A stretch of DNA of 24,812 nt from a virus (IMGVR_UViG_3300032290_000117:1-24812); one strand, 5' to 3'; positions 8,917 to 17,620 are shown, counted from the first letter of the stretch. A program made the numbers and translations. Notes: generated from the letters alone by a model not told the origin.

Positions 8917-9963
8917 TTAAACAGCCGCAAAAATATAGTAGTTAGAACCGTCTGATTGCAATGTAACGCTCTTGTATATCGTAGCAAGCGTATATGTTAA
9001 GTTGCCATCAATAGTTTGTGAGGACGTAGTGCTAACAGTTACCGCATTAGCAGAACTATCAATCTTCTTAATCTGGTATTGCTGACCAACCACTGTTGAA
9101 GCTGAAGGTAAAACAACTTCAAACGGTGATAACGGATGATTAACTAGAATAGTTGCATTATTGTTAGTAACTGAATACACCGTATTCGTCCACGTAACAA
9201 CATTGCTTGAATTGTTAATCCACGACAAAACTACGCTAGTTGCGTTAGTCCAAGAAATATTATTGCCAACAGAAATTGTGACAACATTGGAAACTACATT
9301 ACCTGTTCCACCACCGCCACCACTAACAGCAACATTGGCTGCCGCTGTAATACGGCCTTGTGCGTCAATAGTGATTTGGGCTACTTGAGTTGTGCTACCG
9401 TAGCTTCCTGCTGTAACAGCCGTATTAGCAAGACTGACCGTGACGTTAGATGCTAAGTTGCCGCCACCAGATAAGCCTGTGCCAGCAATGACATTGACTG
9501 TGTTGGGTACAGCACCAGATACGTTAGCTACAGAAATGCTAATAGCTACGTTAGCAGCCGCAGTTAGTCTTCCTTGAGCATCAACTGTAAATGTTCCAAC
9601 TTGGGAAGCAGAGCCATAAGCAGCAGCAGTAACCGCTGTATTAGCTAACGAAATTGTGCCGTTAGAAGTAATCGGCCCACCAGTAAGACCTGTACCAGTA
9701 GCCACATTTGTAACTGTGCCAACACCACCAGAAGCAATGCTTACGTTTGCTACGCTTGTAATACGGCCTTGTGCATCTACAGTGATCTGCGGAACGACAG
9801 TTGATGTTCCGTACACCCCTGCGGTAACGGCTGTGTTAGCAAGGCTAATAGTACCGCTGGTCGTAATTGGGCCACCAGTTAAGCCAGTACCCGTACTAAC
9901 TTGGGTTACTGTACCTGAACCGTTACCACCACCGCCCCCTAAAGTTACAACCGTCTTTAGCAT
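8917..9963 (-). CDS. Fibre protein (tail or head fibre) with three internal repeats (348 aa)
   Basis: Three copies of GTGLxGG...SLANTAVTAxxYG...T(V/I)DAQGR(I/L)T..ANV; C-terminal LPSAS...IKKIDSSANAVTV....QTIDG...SDGSNY domain typical of phage fibres. Confidence 0.8.
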   Translation of the reverse strand: MLKTVVTLGGGGGNGSGTVTQVSTGTGLTGGPITTSGTISLANTAVTAGVYGTSTVVPQITVDAQGRITSVANVSIASGGVGTVTNVATGTGLTGGPITSNGTISLANTAVTAAAYGSASQVGTFTVDAQGRLTAAANVAISISVANVSGAVPNTVNVIAGTGLSGGGNLASNVTVSLANTAVTAGSYGSTTQVAQITIDAQGRITAAANVAVSGGGGGTGNVVSNVVTISVGNNISWTNATSVVLSWINNSSNVVTWTNTVYSVTNNNATILVNHPLSPFEVVLPSASTVVGQQYQIKKIDSSANAVTVSTTSSQTIDGNLTYTLATIYKSVTLQSDGSNYYIFAAV

Positions 9964-9972
9964 GATTGTTCC

Positions 9973-10293
9973 TTATAGACCGTCACCCGGACTAATGTAA
10001 ATTACAGATGTTCCACTAGCCGTTTTACCAGTAAAGTAAGCGTTAGGCACAAAACTTAGAATCTCGTCTGTACCAGCTAACAAAGGCAAGGATGTAGCAA
10101 CATTGGCAGCATTAGTAGCAGCAGTAGCAGCATCCGTACCATAACCAAGAAATACAATGCTCGTTCCAGCATTGATAAGACGGTATTGATTACCACCTAA
10201 CGTAGTAGATAATGCCTGTACAGCCGTAGGAGCTGATGTATCTGCCGTAAATGTTACGGTATTACCAAGTTTTGTAAATGCTTGGATGCCCAT
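9973..10293 (-). CDS. Small beta-rich virion protein, possible fibre anchor (106 aa)
   Basis: T/A-rich; ends ASGTSVIYISPGDGL; directly precedes the fibre gene; paralog of 121..462. Confidence 0.7.
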   Translation of the reverse strand: MGIQAFTKLGNTVTFTADTSAPTAVQALSTTLGGNQYRLINAGTSIVFLGYGTDAATAATNAANVATSLPLLAGTDEILSFVPNAYFTGKTASGTSVIYISPGDGL

Positions 10294-10661
10294 TATTCCC
10301 CCTGAATTTCAATCCATGAAGTAGTGGCTTCATCCCATGAGTACATCTTGTCATCAGTAGGCATAGCCACTGGCGCTTGCCATTGAGCATTAGCGTCTAA
10401 CGTCCAGCTTGCATAAGGCTTAGGAGCCACAAATGCATCTATATCTGCTTGGTAGGAATAACCAATGCCAGCACAGTTCTTACGAAAATTTCTGTTATAG
10501 CTTGTTTGTTTCCAGTTGGTATACCCACCAGACCAATTAATTAAAAATTGAATTCCTTTTTCTTCGCTTTCGTTTCCGTTTTCATCTAACAATTCATTGT
10601 TATGAACACAGTTAACTTCAATAACAATATTGTTTTCATCAAGTTTTGCAAAGTTAGCCAT
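10293..10661 (-). CDS. Partner/assembly protein of the Gly-rich adhesin (122 aa)
   Basis: MANFAKLDENNIV...WKQTSYN..FRKN.AGIGY.Y...DAF..PKPY.SW.LD...WQAPV.MP...Y.WDE pattern, a family I recognise as typically following Gly-rich fibre genes in aquatic phages. Confidence 0.75.
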   Translation of the reverse strand: MANFAKLDENNIVIEVNCVHNNELLDENGNESEEKGIQFLINWSGGYTNWKQTSYNRNFRKNCAGIGYSYQADIDAFVAPKPYASWTLDANAQWQAPVAMPTDDKMYSWDEATTSWIEIQGE

Positions 10662-10669
10662 GCTTTACC

Positions 10670-11512
10670 TTACCAAGTAATTGAACCGTTACCGGTCCAT
10701 TTATATGTTTTAAATCCACCAGAATTTGTAAAAGTTGGAGAACCAGTTGTACTTGCTGCATCTGCAAATGTATCTGCGTAACGAACAATAACAACACCGC
10801 CCGATCCATTTCCGCCAAGAGTACCGATTGTTGCGCCGCCACCCCCGCCGCCTGAACCTGTATTTGCTACAGCATTACCACCTGTAGAAGCATTTGCGCC
10901 CCCGAGTCCACCAACACTGGATCCGCCGCTTGCTTGAGTTGCGTTTCCAGAGCCTCCGCCGCCGCCACCAGCGTAAAATACGCCAGAACTAGCTGGGAAC
11001 TCCACACCAACACCACCTGCACCACCGTCAGATACGACCCCATTTTGACCAACTCCACCAGCCCCGCCGCCGCCTCCGCGAGCTTGTACGGTATTTAAAG
11101 CAACCCCATTACCTCCAGCAAAACCTTGTCCAGATGTGCCAGACCCCGGAGAACCCGGATTACCTCCGGTGTCGTTACCCCCAGCTCCGCCGCCGGAACC
11201 ACCGCTTGCTCCTGAGCCACTAAAAAACCCGCCGCCGCCTCCGCCAATAGCAGTTTGAGAGAAAACTGAGCTATTTCCGCCATTTGCTCCTATAACATTG
11301 CTAGGAGTTGTTCCTCCGTTAGCACCAAACGCACCAACAGTAATTGGATAATTAGTACCTGCAGTAATTGATGCTGTCCCACTTAATAAGCCACCAGCCC
11401 CGCCGCCGCCTGAAGCTCCGCCGCCTCCGCCAGCTACAACAAGGTAATCAACGCTCGTTGGGGATAAAGCCCCACCAGCCATTGCTTGCATTAATTTAGT
11501 ATAAGAAAACAT
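10670..11512 (-). CDS. Glycine-rich putative receptor-binding/adhesin protein (280 aa)
   Basis: VDYLVVAGGGGG...GGGGAGG...YAGGGGGG...ANTGSGGGGGG...GGSGGVVIVRY-like polyglycine domain pattern. Confidence 0.8.
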   Translation of the reverse strand: MFSYTKLMQAMAGGALSPTSVDYLVVAGGGGGASGGGGAGGLLSGTASITAGTNYPITVGAFGANGGTTPSNVIGANGGNSSVFSQTAIGGGGGGFFSGSGASGGSGGGAGGNDTGGNPGSPGSGTSGQGFAGGNGVALNTVQARGGGGGAGGVGQNGVVSDGGAGGVGVEFPASSGVFYAGGGGGGSGNATQASGGSSVGGLGGANASTGGNAVANTGSGGGGGGATIGTLGGNGSGGVVIVRYADTFADAASTTGSPTFTNSGGFKTYKWTGNGSITW

Positions 11513-11521
11513 TATGAATCC

Positions 11522-12100
11522 TTATGGTGTGTAACCTTGAGCAATAGAGCCGTACCAGTTAGTACCGTCAGCAACAAACGTCAGAATGTCCATCTTGCCA
11601 GCAGCAGCCGTAATTGTCGGAGCGCCAGCAGTACCAAACTTTACGCCAGTAAACGTAGCATTACCGTTACCAGTAGATGCGGCTTGCTTTAACAATAGAA
11701 TGAATGACTTACCAGCCGTAGCAGTAGGCATAGTGAACGTGCAAGTCGTAGAAGCCGTTAAGGTAGCTGTCTGAACTGTTCCATTACTTAACGCAATAGT
11801 GTTGGTACTTGTTACCGTACCAATAGCTACGACAGATTCGGTGTAGTTAGTGTACGTACCGTTACCTATGGTGACTGCGTTAGCAGTTCCGCTAGTAATG
11901 GTGACGTTTGTAGAAGCAATTCCATTGGCTGTTCCCCCTGAAATTGTTACGTTGGCAAGCGTCATGTTGTTTAGCGTGGTAACGGTATTACCTAGCTGAA
12001 CAGCCGTATTGCCAATCGTAATTGGAGTAGCAAAGTTGTTATCTAGCTGCGATAACGGGATTGATGTAGTTGCATTCGCAAAAGTATTTGGCACTGGCAT
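11522..12100 (-). CDS. Tail fibre proximal/connector protein (192 aa)
   Basis: N-terminal IPLSQLDNNF attachment-like motif; C-terminal GKSFILLLKQ...APTIT..AGKMDILTFVADGTNWYG domain; follows the nozzle gene. Confidence 0.7.
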   Translation of the reverse strand: MPVPNTFANATTSIPLSQLDNNFATPITIGNTAVQLGNTVTTLNNMTLANVTISGGTANGIASTNVTITSGTANAVTIGNGTYTNYTESVVAIGTVTSTNTIALSNGTVQTATLTASTTCTFTMPTATAGKSFILLLKQAASTGNGNATFTGVKFGTAGAPTITAAAGKMDILTFVADGTNWYGSIAQGYTP

Positions 12101-12101
12101 T

Positions 12102-14078
12102 TTAGAACCTCGTTCTTAGTTCATGTTCAAATTGGAAACCGTTAATAACAAAAGGTGTTGATGTGCTATTAATGGTTATACCTAAATATTTACCCCACAT
12201 TTCAGCATCAGATTTATACAAATAATAGCCAGCACCAGCAGAAGCAGCGCCTAGCCAGCCAATAACTACACTTAAATTATTTGTCCAATCTATTTCATTA
12301 CCTAAATAATTCGTCCAAGCAACACTATTCTCAAACGTAATAACTGGAGATTGTGCTGCCTCTGAATCTACATAAGCATTCATGGTCGTAGGCGTTGATC
12401 CTAGTGTGGCTTCAATACCTATTTTTAATGCTTGCTTATCCCGAATAGGATCGCCCATAGCGTCCAATGCGGTTTCTAAAACAATATTTACTGGCACATT
12501 AACATCGCCATACAACTCGACAAAATTGCTACCGTTCGTGCCAAACAACTTAATCCTACCGCCCGTAGCAATAGAAGATACTAGGATAAGATTATTTTGA
12601 TTAGAAAAAAACCACTTCTTTTCAAAGAATATTGCCTGTACATAACGGTTTGTTCCAGAATCGTTATATCTTATATTAAATGCGGCACATAATATGTTAT
12701 TTAACAATACCTGACCAGCCGTAACTCTTGCTGTAGTGAAGTCTATGTCAGGGAATAAACCGTCAAGTGGGTCAGAAATCTTGGATGTGGTAGAGCCAAC
12801 TAACGCATAAACGCCGTACTCGTTCATAAACAGTACAGAACGGAAATACGGGAATATCGCATACTGCAAACGTGATCCTACAGAAGCGCTAATGTTGGTA
12901 TTTGTAAATAATGTAATACCAGCATCAGTTACCCGAACGTCAGAGAACACGTTAATACTGTCTTCGCCAAAAATATACAGAAAGTTGTTAGCTGAAAGCA
13001 ACTGAGTGATATTGCTTCGCAGGGTTGCGTCTGTAATTGTAAATATGCCAGAAGACAAGCTAACATAATCAGAATATGAGCCAGCAGCAGAGTAGCTTAC
13101 AGAGCGACCTTGAGCTACCCAGGCGCGTCCTGAGAACGTCTGAATACCAGTAACAGGGTTACTGTTAATAATTGCTCTAGCGGCTGCATTTGAGCCACCA
13201 CCACCGCTAATACTTACAGTGATATTGGATGCGTTAGTGTATCCAGTACCATTGTTAGTCATAATCACTTGGCTTATCTGACCACCCGCCAAAATAGCTG
13301 TGCCAGCAGCATTCGTTCCACCACCACCGCTAATGGTAACTACAGTATTAGACGCATTTGTGTAGCCAGTACCGCCGTTTGTAACAAAAACAGTAACGGT
13401 TCCTGTCTTAAACGTAGTAACACCAGCAATTGCCGCTGCATTTGTTCCACCGCCACCAGATATAGTGACTGTTGGAGAAGTTGTGTATCCAGTACCAGCC
13501 TCAGTAATAGCAATGCCAGTGACCGCATTTGCTGTCAATATCACTTCTGCTTGAGCTTGTACTCCACCTGTCTCATTAGGCGCAGAAATAACGATAGAAG
13601 GCGTAGTCGTGTATCCAGCACCACGATTAGTAATTCCTATGAATCCAACGGAACCGATAGATACAAGATTAGTTCCATCCCAACTGTAAACGCCATTAGT
13701 AGGATCACCAATTAAAACGCGCTCGTCCTTGTACTGCGTTATGTTGATACGCGAGTTAGAAAACGTGCCAGCAACAGCAACATTTCCCTTTGTGCTTGTT
13801 TCAACGTCAACAAACTCACAACGACCATCTTCTTGAAACGCAAGTTGATAGTCTTTGTTGTTAATGTTTGCAGAGAGTAGTGCTGTAGTTACATTCCCAA
13901 ACGTAACTGCAGTATTTTTTTCGCCTGATACAGTCTTAATATTGGCATAACCAATAGGCATGGCATTTTCTAGCCATGAAAACTCACCATCTTCTAGGGC
14001 GGTACGGTTTGCTTTCGTGTTCACGCCACGAAATTGCTTAATAACTTTGTATGACTTTTTTTGTTCAGCCGCAGCCAT
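12102..14078 (-). CDS. Tail nozzle (P22 gp10 / T7 gp12 positional analog) with inserted GxGYT repeats (658 aa)
   Basis: N-terminal F.GVNT..NR..L...EF..LEN..P pattern, beta-propeller-like composition, position after the adaptor. Confidence 0.7.
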   Translation of the reverse strand: MAAAEQKKSYKVIKQFRGVNTKANRTALEDGEFSWLENAMPIGYANIKTVSGEKNTAVTFGNVTTALLSANINNKDYQLAFQEDGRCEFVDVETSTKGNVAVAGTFSNSRINITQYKDERVLIGDPTNGVYSWDGTNLVSIGSVGFIGITNRGAGYTTTPSIVISAPNETGGVQAQAEVILTANAVTGIAITEAGTGYTTSPTVTISGGGGTNAAAIAGVTTFKTGTVTVFVTNGGTGYTNASNTVVTISGGGGTNAAGTAILAGGQISQVIMTNNGTGYTNASNITVSISGGGGSNAAARAIINSNPVTGIQTFSGRAWVAQGRSVSYSAAGSYSDYVSLSSGIFTITDATLRSNITQLLSANNFLYIFGEDSINVFSDVRVTDAGITLFTNTNISASVGSRLQYAIFPYFRSVLFMNEYGVYALVGSTTSKISDPLDGLFPDIDFTTARVTAGQVLLNNILCAAFNIRYNDSGTNRYVQAIFFEKKWFFSNQNNLILVSSIATGGRIKLFGTNGSNFVELYGDVNVPVNIVLETALDAMGDPIRDKQALKIGIEATLGSTPTTMNAYVDSEAAQSPVITFENSVAWTNYLGNEIDWTNNLSVVIGWLGAASAGAGYYLYKSDAEMWGKYLGITINSTSTPFVINGFQFEHELRTRF

Positions 14079-14080
14079 AA

Positions 14081-14926
14081 TTAAAATGGACTGCCGTAAG
14101 GGTTAGGAATGCGGCGTGTCATGGTTGTTGCCAGAACACTTCGAACTTCTTGCACGTATTGCTGTTTGTATATTTCAGCTTCGCCATAGCTCTGCTCTTT
14201 AAACTTCGCTTTATGTGCGGCGTAGAAAGCTACTGGCGTAGTGTACGGCTCATCAATAACATCAACCTCATTAGACGAAACAAGATCAACTGGCAGCACG
14301 ACCGTATCCATTTCAATCGTATAAACCTGATCTGGAACGGGAGAGATAAATGCTGTTTTTTGTCCGTAAACACTGAACGCTACTGGCCTACCTATGTAGT
14401 TTTGCCAATAACGTAGTTGAGCGTTGAACTGAGTCCAAGGTAAATACTGCAAAGGAATACGACTATTCCCCCAATAAAGGTTGATATTTAGAATATCAAT
14501 CGTATTTACACTATCAGGGAACGCTGCGTAATTTAGTTTTTCGCAATTTCCAGCATATTGCAACGTAGCTGTTCCGTTAGCAAACGGTGTTGTTGGGGGA
14601 TAGTTGTAATTTGCTGCCGGGTAAGGCGGCGCTGTATCTCCCAAAATACCAGCTACAGTTACTTTGTAGATAAAGATATTTGAAAATACATAATCATTTA
14701 AAGCGACAGTCGCACCAGCAGTCCAGATAACTGGATTTGCTCCACCCGCTACAGGCGACATTGGTGTTTGTGATATTTGTATTTTTCTTAGGCAACCAGT
14801 ATCCCTGACTGTCTGCTTACGGGCTTCATTAATGTAGTCCGTTAGTTCAGAGTCAGAATAAAAGTTCCCGTTGGCATCGTGCAGCAGCCTACGAACTTCC
14901 GTGATGTAACCGGATAAAGTTGCCAT
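14081..14926 (-). CDS. Head-tail adaptor (tail tubular protein A-like, 281 aa)
   Basis: TLSGYITEVRRLLHD....YSDSELTDYINEA start, GRP..F, P.PDQ.Y.IE and YAA.KA..K motifs typical of podophage adaptors. Confidence 0.75.
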   Translation of the reverse strand: MATLSGYITEVRRLLHDANGNFYSDSELTDYINEARKQTVRDTGCLRKIQISQTPMSPVAGGANPVIWTAGATVALNDYVFSNIFIYKVTVAGILGDTAPPYPAANYNYPPTTPFANGTATLQYAGNCEKLNYAAFPDSVNTIDILNINLYWGNSRIPLQYLPWTQFNAQLRYWQNYIGRPVAFSVYGQKTAFISPVPDQVYTIEMDTVVLPVDLVSSNEVDVIDEPYTTPVAFYAAHKAKFKEQSYGEAEIYKQQYVQEVRSVLATTMTRRIPNPYGSPF

Positions 14927-14939
14927 TTAATTGCCATAA

Positions 14940-15278
14940 CTAAGCGGCTTTTTCGACTTTTCTCCCCACCCCCCGCAAAGGGATAGGTGGGGGTACTTGG
15001 TCAATCGCCGGGGATAGGGAGCGATCCTGTACTGGCTTGGATTCGGTAATGCTAAATTTTGCAAGAATTTCCAACCCGCTAGGAATGTCATTCATTGTTT
15101 TAGCAAAACCAAGTCTAGCCAAAAAAGGTTCCTTGTTTTCAGAACCATAACCAAATATGTGACGGGCAATTTCTACGGGTACTTCAACAGATTCGTCCAC
15201 AGGGAACGTATATGTCTTATACGCATATTCATCGACAATGGGTTTTTCCCACTTGTTAGTCACATATACAGTCATCAT
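14940..15278 (-). CDS. Hypothetical head-associated protein (about 112 aa; start revised to MMTVYVTN)
   Basis: ATG at 15278 forms an ATGA overlap with the stop of 15275..15685; the track's longer start lies inside the upstream gene. Confidence 0.7.
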   Translation of the reverse strand: MMTVYVTNKWEKPIVDEYAYKTYTFPVDESVEVPVEIARHIFGYGSENKEPFLARLGFAKTMNDIPSGLEILAKFSITESKPVQDRSLSPAIDQVPPPIPLRGVGRKVEKAA

Positions 15279-15685
15279 AGAGTTACTACATCTCCGTAAA
15301 CAGTAATGTCGCAAGTTCCACCGGATACAGCAACAGGTACGTTGACGAACAACGAACCAGCCGTGTAAACAGTAGTAGCAGCACCAGCAGCAAGAGTTAA
15401 GTCTTGAAATCTAGTAGTGCTAGTTACGTTGCTAAGCGTTGTCAGCGATGCAACCGCATTTGAAACATTACCATCGTTAGAGGTGGTAACAGTCACATTT
15501 GCAGTTGCAATCGACTTGTTTGCATTAGCAACCGTAATCCTGCGAACAATGTACGAACTTGCGCCCACAATAGCAATTTGTGCAACTGCGTTAGCTACCG
15601 AACCAACATTAACGGTTACGGCATGACCAACACCAAAATTTCCAAAGCTATCTGGATACAATGAACCTACATGGTTAGCATTCAT
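15275..15685 (-). CDS. Putative capsid decoration/minor structural protein (136 aa)
   Basis: V/T/A/N-rich beta composition; AAGGAG SD; two genes downstream of the capsid gene. Confidence 0.65.
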   Translation of the reverse strand: MNANHVGSLYPDSFGNFGVGHAVTVNVGSVANAVAQIAIVGASSYIVRRITVANANKSIATANVTVTTSNDGNVSNAVASLTTLSNVTSTTRFQDLTLAAGAATTVYTAGSLFVNVPVAVSGGTCDITVYGDVVTL

Positions 15686-15694
15686 TATGGCTCC

Positions 15695-16018
15695 TTATGC
15701 GTAAGTCTCACTAACCGCTTGACCCTGATTCACTTGGAACAGAGTAATGGTCGGTGTACCAGCAAGAACATTAGCGCGAATGTTTACGCCATCAGCGATA
15801 AAGTAGCCACCAGTATTATTGGCAACTACAACTGCATACGAAGCATTACTGATATTGCCAGTAGTGTTTGTATTCAGTTCGATAGTGACGTTAGCAGTTG
15901 GAGCAATGTAATAATCGCCAGCAGGGATAGTTGCTGTTGCGTTACCCAAGGCATAAGCCTGAAGAAATGCACCAGCAGCGTTAGTTGCTGAACCAGCTAC
16001 GAGGATTTTACTAGACAT
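15695..16018 (-). CDS. Putative capsid decoration protein (107 aa)
   Basis: Immediately downstream of the capsid gene with a strong AAGGAG SD; beta-rich A/T/N composition. Confidence 0.65.
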   Translation of the reverse strand: MSSKILVAGSATNAAGAFLQAYALGNATATIPAGDYYIAPTANVTIELNTNTTGNISNASYAVVVANNTGGYFIADGVNIRANVLAGTPTITLFQVNQGQAVSETYA

Positions 16019-16030
16019 GACTATTTCTCC

Positions 16031-17032
16031 TTACAATGTGAGCGAGTTATAGCCTGTCACCTTGGTCATGGATTTGGGCTTAGTGTTGACCAGTTCAGCG
16101 ATCATCAGCACAGCACCAACATAACCAATCTGCCAGTTAGGAAGTGTCGATTCAAAACCTGTAAAGACAAACGAACCTTGCTCATGGATATAGAGCGACA
16201 GGTAGTTGCTGTTCAGGAAGTAAACCGTTCCTTCAGGGCAGTACGGATCAGGATAAATAGGAACGCCAGCAACCATCAAAGCGCGGAAGCCAGACTGAGG
16301 GCCATTTGCATCGCCATCAAAACCGGAACCCGGTGTTAAGACGTATTGCTCTTGACCGACATAATCTTGTGCCAGCAACGTCCAAGTACCAAAGCCACAT
16401 ACGCCAAACGTAGGCACTTCTGCGCCATTTTTGACTGTACCGGAAATGTACTGAAGGATGTTCTGACGAGTTGGGTTTACAGAACCAGCAGCATACTGCT
16501 TCGACTTCCACCAAGTATAGGTAGAACGATCAATATTGCCGTAAGTTCCCGAATCAGACACCGCAGCTGGCAAGCCAGTGAACTGCTGAGTGTTTGTCGT
16601 GTTGTTGTACAGGGATGTTGCCATCGCATCCATCATCACGTTAGTCGCGTCATTCATACGCGCTTCGATCAAAGGAATAACGGCTGCATCTTGCTGAACT
16701 GCGCCTTCCATACCGAGGAACGGTACTGGTGCAATCATCAGCTTCAGGTTGAATTCAGCGTTGTAAGCACCTTGTTGGACAGAAGGCTGAGCGAACGAGC
16801 CGCTGTAGTCTGACCATTGAGCATTTACGAACTGAGAACCCTGAACAGGTACAGTTACAGAGGAAACACCACCAGAAGCAGACTGACTGTTAGCAATCAG
16901 TGCCGCCATAAGCGGTGTCGAATTATAAAGTTGTACTACGAGCTTCGGGATAAATGCCCTACGGGTAACGTAGGTCAACTCAGTAAATTGAGTGGAACCC
17001 GAAGCCGGAAGAATGCCGCCACCAATAGGCAT
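16031..17032 (-). CDS. Major capsid protein (333 aa, HK97 fold inferred)
   Basis: Size and position after the scaffold; QFTGL.AAV..GTYGNIDRS..TWWKS and GVPIYPDPYCPEGTVYFLNSNYL motifs typical of this capsid class. Confidence 0.9.
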   Translation of the reverse strand: MPIGGGILPASGSTQFTELTYVTRRAFIPKLVVQLYNSTPLMAALIANSQSASGGVSSVTVPVQGSQFVNAQWSDYSGSFAQPSVQQGAYNAEFNLKLMIAPVPFLGMEGAVQQDAAVIPLIEARMNDATNVMMDAMATSLYNNTTNTQQFTGLPAAVSDSGTYGNIDRSTYTWWKSKQYAAGSVNPTRQNILQYISGTVKNGAEVPTFGVCGFGTWTLLAQDYVGQEQYVLTPGSGFDGDANGPQSGFRALMVAGVPIYPDPYCPEGTVYFLNSNYLSLYIHEQGSFVFTGFESTLPNWQIGYVGAVLMIAELVNTKPKSMTKVTGYNSLTL

Positions 17033-17068
17033 AATCTATCTCCGATCTAAAAACATCCCCTACTTAAA

Positions 17069-17599
17069 TTACAACCCTAACGGTTTAGGATTGCGCCGTA
17101 ACTCCGATAATGCTTTTGCTGCCTCATTACGCGCACCTTGAACCGGATTCTTCCAATATGCTGACAAGTCAAACTTGTTAATCGCAGACGGATTATATCC
17201 AGTTGGTGTTGGTGCAGCGGATTGATTCATGTATTTCCAGTAATCAGCAGCAACTTCGTGGTTAGTAATGCCTTTTTCCAGCATCATTTTCTCCACTTCT
17301 TCAATCTGCTCGTCGCTATCAACCAAGCCTTTTTCTTTTAGCTTGCTGCGGCGCTTGTTCAATTCCTCCATCGCATCTCTTTGCTGGAGTCTTGCTTCAA
17401 GGTGAGCAACTCGGTCATTTGCTTTCTGAACAGCAAAATTGGTTGAATCTTCAATTTCAAGTTCAGGAATCGGCATATCTGGCTTAGCTTCTTTTGTTAA
17501 ACGTAAGAAAGCTTTGCGAGTTTTTGGATTCTCAGCAAGTTGACGGGCCAAAAGAGCCAGTTCATCACGGGCTTCATAGCTAAGGTCTTCAAGTGACAT
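17069..17599 (-). CDS. Putative scaffolding protein (176 aa)
   Basis: Charged coiled-coil protein directly upstream of the capsid gene, with a basic C-terminal helix; no protease gene seen. Confidence 0.7.
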   Translation of the reverse strand: MSLEDLSYEARDELALLARQLAENPKTRKAFLRLTKEAKPDMPIPELEIEDSTNFAVQKANDRVAHLEARLQQRDAMEELNKRRSKLKEKGLVDSDEQIEEVEKMMLEKGITNHEVAADYWKYMNQSAAPTPTGYNPSAINKFDLSAYWKNPVQGARNEAAKALSELRRNPKPLGL

Positions 17600-17620
17600 A
17601 GGTTATCCCCTTTAATAAAC

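Noticed and set aside
8917-12100. Diversity-generating retroelement or invertible fibre cassette
   Set aside because: No reverse transcriptase or invertase, and I saw no template/variable repeat pair differing at adenines within the window.
17036-17056. Mini-ORF MFLDRR upstream of the capsid gene
   Set aside because: The SD-like GGGG abuts the ATG with no spacing; six codons can arise by chance.
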